This document shows positions 19,188 to 26,400 of a stretch of DNA of 32,000 nt, one piece after another (within the stretch, counting starts at the first letter, position 1; the number at the start of each line of letters is the position of its first letter). The position numbers and the translations under genes are program-made. The notes under the pieces were generated by a model. That model did not search any database. It saw only the letters and a list, made by a program, of their open reading frames with translations, and had not been told where the DNA came from. The DNA is from Cupriavidus necator (lineage in GTDB: Bacteria; Pseudomonadota; Gammaproteobacteria; Burkholderiales; Burkholderiaceae): assembly GCF_016127575.1 (NCBI RefSeq), contig NZ_CP066019.1:180001-212000 (forward strand). Direction: 5' to 3'.

Positions 19188-19370
19188 GTTTAGCAGCCTG
19201 AGTGAGAGGGAAGCCGACCGCCTTCTGGCGGTATCCTTACATCCGCCATACTGCGCACGCCTCTTCCATGGGCGGGCCATGGCGGGGGAGCCCTCGGGCT
19301 CGCCGGCTCCTTCTCACCGGTCTGCTAACCCTGCCTTGCGCCCGCCCGCCCCGATTAGCAGCGGGGTAGC
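19188..19370 (+). ncRNA. Candidate structured RNA / structured DNA element of unknown class
   Basis: Long-range pairings read from the sequence are: 19190-19196 TTAGCAG with 19322-19328 CTGCTAA; 19202-19211 with 19308-19317 (10 bp, one G-U only valid on the + strand); 19213-19216 with 19304-19307. Nested hairpins are 19217-19232 (ACCGCC-TTCT-GGCGGT), 19243-19249 with 19279-19285 (CCGCCAT/ATGGCGG), and 19350-19367 (CCCCG-loop-CGGGG). No credible ORF covers the segment. Confidence 0.3.
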
Positions 19371-19499
19371 GGGACTGAACCTGTATGAGAGGGAGTAGTG
19401 CCATGTATCAGTCTTTCCTTGCCCATTCCGGGCGCTTGATTATCCCCCGCGCTTTCTCGCTGCATCAGCGCCCGCAGACGTCGCATGCGGAGGTGCGCC

Positions 19500-19790
19500 A
19501 TGTATAGCCATAGTCATCACGGTATTACTGCGGAACACAATGGTGTCGACATGCTCGTGACCGCCCATAGCCCGGGGGAAAATCCGTTGAGTCTTGCGGT
19601 GCAACGTGCGGCGCAGCTTCATGGGCTTCTGCTCATGGCTAGCGATCATGGTGCCTCGAGTCTGGATCCGGTGGATCTGGAGCAGGGGATGTGGGAAAGC
19701 TTGCTTTCCCTCGCGGCCTGGCTGGCGCATGAGACGCAGGTGTTGAGTGAGCTGGCCGTGCTGCAGGGTCAGGTATTGCAGACTGACTGA
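19500..19790 (+). CDS. Small hypothetical protein (96 aa), His/acidic-rich N-terminus, helical C-terminal half
   Basis: ATG 19500 is preceded by GGAGG (19489-19493, 6-nt spacing). This is the only ORF in the cheZ-cdiA gap with a strong SD and a protein-like composition. I cannot assign a family with confidence. Confidence 0.45.
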   Translation: MYSHSHHGITAEHNGVDMLVTAHSPGENPLSLAVQRAAQLHGLLLMASDHGASSLDPVDLEQGMWESLLSLAAWLAHETQVLSELAVLQGQVLQTD

Positions 19791-19798
19791 CGTTTAGC

Positions 19799-19807
19799 GG
19801 GGGGGGG
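19799..19807. repeat. G9 homopolymer tract
   Basis: Read directly: tagc-ggggggggg-cagcc. It starts 9 nt after the small-ORF stop and runs into the hairpin GGCAGCC-N8-GGCTGCC (19806-19827). Confidence 0.9.
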
Positions 19808-20408
19808 CAGCCGTGCAATCGGCTGCCGCGCGCCTCCTCGGCGCGCAGGTCAACTTCCCCGATTTCAAAGCGGTTGAACCACACGGCAAAGACGCCATCA
19901 CGCCGAGTCGGGCGCAGGCGAGACTTCGCCGTGCGCCACCGAGGCAAACGCCTACCTGGGGCGAGTCAATCGCTCGCCTTTGGTGCTGGCTTCCCGAGCG
20001 CCTTGTCCCTCCATTTACAACTGACACGCGAAGCTTGCCAGGTCGGGATCGCTTCGTGGCCAGTACTGGACGCACTGGCCCACCACACGCAAGACGGCGT
20101 CCGCTAAACCGCGTTATTCGCGCCCCGCGGAATGTAAAGGATTGTGATGGCGTGAGGCGCGAAGCCTCTCGCGTGCGCTAGGCTGAAGCCCTTTGCGGCG
20201 CCGGATTGCGGGTGCGCGACGGCCCGGGTCATGCTTGGACCGGGTGCCGCATTGTCCCGAAAAATTGCGGAAATATCCGCCGCGAAGTTCGGAATCATCC
20301 GACCCCGACGCCAGAGTTGGCTGGGTACAGTGGCTAGCGTTGGCCTCAGTCTGGCCTCTGGCGGGCGCCGCCGAATCGTCTGCGCACCCGCTCCGTCCAA
20401 GCATACGA

Positions 20409-23400
20409 ATGAACAGGAACCTCTATCGTCTGGTGTTCAATGCCGCATGCGGTATGCCGGTGGCAGTACAGGAGTGTGCCACGGGACGCGCCAAAGGCCG
20501 CCACGGCAGCGTGGGGAGCAACGGTGGCAATACGGCCTTCGCGCCGGTGTTGTGGCGTGCCGCGCTGGCAACGGCGATGATGGGGTTACCGGCAGTTCTG
20601 GACCAGGCGGCACACGCACAGACGCTGCCGATCCAGGTGGACAGGAACGCGCCAGGGCAACGCCCGGTGGTGGGCGTGGCGGCCAACGGCGTCCCGGTAG
20701 TGAACATCGCCCCGCCGCAACGCAACGGCGGGACCAGCGTGAATAACTTTATTCAGTACGGCGTGGGACCGTCCGGCGTAGTGCTGAACAACAGCGGCCA
20801 GAATTCGCAGACCCAGATTGCTGGCTGGGTGCAGGGCAACATGCAGCTGGGCAACAACAGCGCCAGCAACATCGTACTGCAAGTGATGCAGCCTAATCCG
20901 TCGCAACTTATGGGACAGCAAGAGATCGCCGGGCGCCGGGCGAACCTGCTCCTGGCCAACCCTGCCGGCATTACCTGCTCGGGCTGCGGCGTGATCAATG
21001 CCGACCGCTTCACGCTCTCCACGGGCCGCCCGGTGTTTGGCGCCGATGGGGATGTCACCGGCTTCGACGTGCGGGCGGGCAACATTGCCATTGGTGGGCA
21101 GGGCCTGTCCAGCCCGCAGGCACAGGTCGATCTGCTGGCACGCTCGATCAGCATCAACGCCGAGCTGTGGGCCAGGCATCTGAACGCAATCACCGGCGCA
21201 AACCAGATTGACCATGCGACGCTCAACACCACGCCGCAGGCTGTCACTGGCGCCGCGCCGCAACTTGCGCTGGATGCGGCGGCGCTGGGATCGATGTACG
21301 CGAATTCGGTACGGCTCATCGGCACCGAGAAAGGCGTTGGTTTCAATATCGGCGGCGGCATCTCGGCGCGCGCGGGCGACATCGTGGTGGACAACAACGG
21401 CGACGTACGCATCGCGCCGGGTGGCCGCCTGCAGGCCGACGGCAGTGCCACGGTGGCGGGCGCCAACATCGACAACGCCGGCACCATCACGACGCGCGGC
21501 GCCATCGCGACTACCACGCCGGGCCAGTTGACCAATAGCGGCGTGCTTGCCGCCGGCACCGACCTGACGGGCCAGGCCGACAGTATCGTCAACAGCGGCA
21601 CCATCGGCGCAGGCGTCGATGCCAATGCCAACGGGACCGGCGCGGGCACGGCCAACCTCACCGCAGGTACGGCCATCCGGTCCAACGGCAGTATCCTGAC
21701 CGGCGCGGACATCAACCTGTCGGCGCCGACGCTGGACCTCTCCAACGGCAAAGTCACCTCGCACGACACCGCCAGGCTGTCAGCCTCGGGCGACATCACC
21801 CACCGGAACGCGCGGCTCGAAGCGAACACGGTGCAGATAAGTGCCGCAGGCACGGTCGATAATCGCGGAGCGGCCATCGTGGCAGGCGTCAACGGCGGCA
21901 CCGTGCGTGGCACCAGCGTGCTGAACCAGCGCGGCACCATCAGCAGCGGCGGCGCGCTGGGCGTCGAGGGAACGCAGACGGTGGATAACACCGGCGGCGC
22001 TGTGGCCGGGACGCTCGCCACCACGGTGGCGGCGCCCGGTGTGGTCAATCGCAGTGGCGTGATCGGCTCGGTACAGGACAAGCTGACCGTGACCGGGGCG
22101 CTTGACAACACCAGCGGCAAGGCACTCGCCGCCACCGATCTGCGCGTCACCGGCGGCGCCATCGTGAACGATCACGGTCAGATGTCCGCCGGCGAGACCC
22201 TGAACGCGGATACCGCCGGCCAGGCGCTCACGAATACCGCGGGCGTGATCGCGGCGGCCAACATTCAGGCCGACACCGGCCGCTTCGATAACCGCGCGGG
22301 CGTGGTGCAGTCCACCGGGCTGCTCGTGGCCGACACGCACGGACAGCGCTACGACAACAGCCAGGGACTCACTGTCGCCAACGGCGACCTGACGCTGAGT
22401 ACCGGCGCCTTCGGCAACCAGGCCGGGACGGTCTCCGGCAAGCAGTCGGTCACGGTGAACATGACGACCTTCGGCAATGCGGGCGGCAAGGTCGTGTCGG
22501 GCGGGCCGCTCGCCATGACCGGCGACAGCCTCTCCAACAACGGTGGCCAGCTCGCCTCGAACGGCGACGCCAGGTTCCGGATTGCCGGCACCTTCGACAA
22601 CACGGCGGGTTTCACGCATGCAGGCGGCACGCTGGGCGTGCAGGCGGGCACCCTCGTCAACCGCGACACGCTGGGTGGCACCGAAAAGACGCCGAGGGGC
22701 ATGGAGGGCGCCAGCGTCAAGCTCACGGCAAATGCCATCGACAACGGCCAGGGTGCGCTGCGCGCCGATGCCGTGCTTGACGCCGATGCGGCGACGCTCG
22801 ACAACTCCCGGGGCGAGGTGACCTCGGGTGGCACGGCGCAACTGAACGTGGGCACTACCACCAACACCGATGGCCTGCTCGCCGCCAATACCTCGCTCGG
22901 CATCCAGGGCAACACTCTCACCGGCGACGGCACGGTCCAGTCGCAAGGCGATCTCAGCGCCAGGCTGACCGGCGACTTCAACAATACCAAGACCGTGGCC
23001 GCCGGCAAGACGCTGAGCCTGGACACCAGCGGGGATGTGGCCAGCAGCGGCAAGATGACCGCCGGCGAGGCGCTGGATGTGCACGGGCGCAACGTGAGCA
23101 ACTCGGGCGAGTTGGTCGGCCAGGTCTCGAACACCATCCGTGCCGACCAGGCGGTCACCAACAGCGGCCTGATCGACGGTGGCGCGGTGCGCGTGCAGGC
23201 CGGCACGACAGTCACCAACACCGAGCGCATCTTCGGGGACACTGTTGCCATCGGCGCAGGCGTGCTGATCCTGAACGACCGGAACGCCGCCACCGGCAAG
23301 GGTGGTGTGATCGCCTCGCGCACCGGCGATGTGGACCTTGGCGCGCCCGATATCGTCAACCGCGAACACGCGCTGATCCTGTCCTCGCAGGACCTGAGGG

Positions 23401-26400
23401 TGGGCGGTGCTCTGGACGCCGATGGCAAGGCCACGGGGCAGGCGAGCTCGCTTACCAATGCCTCGGCCGTCATCGATGTCGCACGCGACGCCGACATCAA
23501 AGCGGCCAGCATTCGCAACGAAAGCAGCCATTTCGAGACCCAGGTGACGGACACTGGCGTCCAAAGGACGCTGGTCTATCGCCTCAAAGGCTCCCTGGAA
23601 GATATCGATCCGGCCACGGCGCTCATCTTCGACTGGAGCGGCAAGGACGATTATTTCCATGCTGGCACGGACCTGGGCTGGCTGTACCGGGATGGCAACC
23701 AGAAAGGCGTCGCACGCTTGCTGCTATTGCCCTCGGAACAATATCCATTCGCGGAGTTCGGGCCGCCGTTCGACTGGTCGCGCCGCCCTGATGGCGAGGC
23801 GGGACCGGTAATGTACTGGCAGGACCCCTTTTACGTGGACTACTACGGCGGCATGCCGAAAAACACATGGTCGCCGGTGGGACTGGCCTACACGTTGCAC
23901 TTCGAGAACGATGTCAACGGCAATCCGGTGCTGATGGCGGAAAAGTACAACTACCCGCCCGACCATCCGATCTGGGACAAGCTGAAGGTCGCGCGTCCCG
24001 ACAGTGCGCCGCCACCATACCCTGCCGCTTGCGAGGTCAATGCCCCGCCCGCCTGCATCGCTGCGCACCAGAAGTACCGGGACTGGCATGACGCCAACAT
24101 TGCCAGGTACGAGGCACTGAACGACAAGATCATCGCCTTCAACAAGGATTTCCACGCGCGCACCGTCGATAACTTCTATTCCGTTGACAAGCAGACGCAA
24201 GTGCGCGAGGAGGTGGTCTTGCACACCGATCCCGCCCGATTGCTGGTCGGCGGCAACGCCACGCTCAATGGAGCCGTGGTCAACGACAAGAGCGAGATCG
24301 CCATCGGCGGAACACTGAACGTGCCGGCACCGGTGCGGAACGAAGGATATACCGGCACCCGGTTCGAGACTGTCACCGGCACACAGGCGTGGCACTACAT
24401 CAACCACGGCGTCAATGCACCGGACCGGCGCTCGACCACAGCGGAAATCCCGCCCCTCGACGTGACGCTGCCGCTGCAACTGGCAACCGGCACAACGCAG
24501 CAGAATCTGCAGACCGTCCCGGGCAGTGGCACGGCCATCGACCCGAGAGCGGGCGTCACACCGATCGCCAGCGCGCCGACCCTGACGCAGGTCGCGCTCA
24601 ACCCAGGAGGGGCCACAGCCGGCGGGCGTCTGGGTGGCGAGGTGATCCGCACCGTCACGCCGTCGCTGGCAATGCCGACCAACGCGCTGTTCGTCACGCG
24701 GACCGATCCCGGTGCGCGCTACCTGATCGAAACCGATTCGCGCTTCACCAACCAACGCCAGTGGCTGTCCAGCGATTTCATGCTGACCCAGTTGGGCCAG
24801 GACCCGACGAGGGTCCTCAAGCGCCTGGGAGATGGCTTCTACGAGGCGCGGCTGGTGGCGGACGCCGTGATGCTTGGCACCGGTCAGCGTTTCGTGGGCG
24901 ACTACACCGGCAACGAGGCCCAGTACCAGGCGCTGATGCAGTCCGGCGTCGAATTCGCCAGGCAGTTCTCGCTGAACGTCGGCACGGCACTGACTGCCGA
25001 GCAGATGCGGGCGCTCACCACCGACATCGTCTGGATGGTGGAGAAGACCGTAACGCTGCCGGACGGCTCCACGCAGCAGGTGCTGGTGCCGCAGGTGTAC
25101 CTGAAGGTGCGCGCGGGCGACCTCAAGGGCGACGGCACGCTGATCACGGCGCGCAACGCGAAGGTCCGGACCGACGGGGACGTGAAGAACACCGGCACCA
25201 TCGCGGCACGCGATGTGATGCTGATCGATGCGGGCAACATCCGCAACGAGCGAGGCACGCTGTCAGCCGGTGCCATGGGGCTGAATGCCAAGCAGGACCT
25301 CGACAACCTGGCCGGCAGGATCAGCGCCGACAACCTGGCGGTCACCGCAGGCCGGGACATCAACCTGACCACCACCACCGCGTCCGCGGGCAACAGGGTC
25401 GGTGAATCCACCGCCAGCCGCACCGTCATCAGCGGCGTCGCCAGCGTGGAGGCGGACAATGCCGTCTTTGTGGCGGGCCGGGACATCAACAGCCAGGCGG
25501 CCAGCATCGCGGCAGCCGACAGCCTCGGCATGGGCGCCGAACGGGACATCAACCTGGACACGGTGCAGGTGGCCGAGGGCTTCGATGCCGTCGCGGACGC
25601 GAAGAACCGTTCCAGCGTTGTGCACACGGCAGAGATCGGCACGCTGATCACAGGCCGTGACATAACGCTCGCTGCCGGCCAGGACGTCAATGCCAAGGCA
25701 GCCTATGTGAGCGCCGATGATGCCATCGCGGTCAGCGCGGGGCGCGATATCAACGTGACGGCCGGCGAGGCCGGCGTGGCGATACGCGACGAGCAGTCGA
25801 TGCAAAGCGGCGGCTTCCTGTCGAAGAAGTCCACCCATACCATCGATGCGGCAAGCCGCACCGAGGCGCTGGGCAGCACCTTCTCCGGCGACACGGTTGA
25901 CATGGCGGCAGGGCGGGACCTTACCACCTCGGGCAGCACGATTGCGGCCACGCACGACGTGAATCTCGACGCCAGGCGCGACATCACCATCGGCACTGCC
26001 GAAACCACCTCGTCGTCCTACAGCTTCAAGGAGGAGAAGAAGTCCGGCTTCGGCGCCACCGGTTCCGGCCTCTCCTACGGCAAGCGCGAGCAGAAGGACA
26101 CCGTCAACGACAAGGGCATGCAGCAGGCGGGCAGTCTGATCGGCTCCACCGACGGCAGCGTGCATATGAAAGCGGGCAGCACGCTCAAGGTCACGGGCAG
26201 CGACCTGATCGCCAGGCAGGATATTACCGGTGTGGCGGCGGACGTGACCATCGAGGCCGCGCAGAACAGCCAGCACCACGACGAAACCCATGAGGTCAGG
26301 CAAAGCGGCTTCACGCTGGGCGTGTCGGGCGGCGCCATCGGCGCGGCGATCAACGCGGGCAACAAGGTCAGCTCGGCCAGCAAGAGCCAGGACGGACGGG

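Noticed and set aside
18844-19398. Several 60-230-aa ORFs on both strands in the cheZ-cdiA gap (18844-19119, 18929-19177, 18960-19193, 19177-19398, 18367-19050 minus).
   Set aside because: They read through the REP-like hairpin or the structured element, are Pro/Arg/Ala-rich, and lack ribosome-binding sites.
19160-19400. tRNA/tmRNA-like or hammerhead-like fragments (GGTTCG at 19161 on the + strand, GGTTCAGTCCC on the minus strand near 19370-19380, CTGTATGAG at 19381).
   Set aside because: The flanking bases do not form T-arm or acceptor stems. The hammerhead core is interrupted (CTG-T-ATGAG), and no matching CGAAA or stem III partner was found.
19794-20400. Possible decayed gene (integrase or transposase fragment) in 19.8-20.4 kb, for example the minus-frame peptide DGVFAVWFNRFEIGEVDLRAEE.
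   Set aside because: I could not assemble any frame-consistent match to a family I know, and all frames are interrupted by stops. This remains unproven, and BLASTX would be needed to settle it.
20193-20408. Upstream extension of the cdiA ORF (ORF-track start at 20193).
   Set aside because: The extension is Arg/Pro/Ser-rich with no signal-peptide character. The canonical ESPR leader MNRNLYRLVFN begins at ATG 20409, so that ATG is taken as the start.
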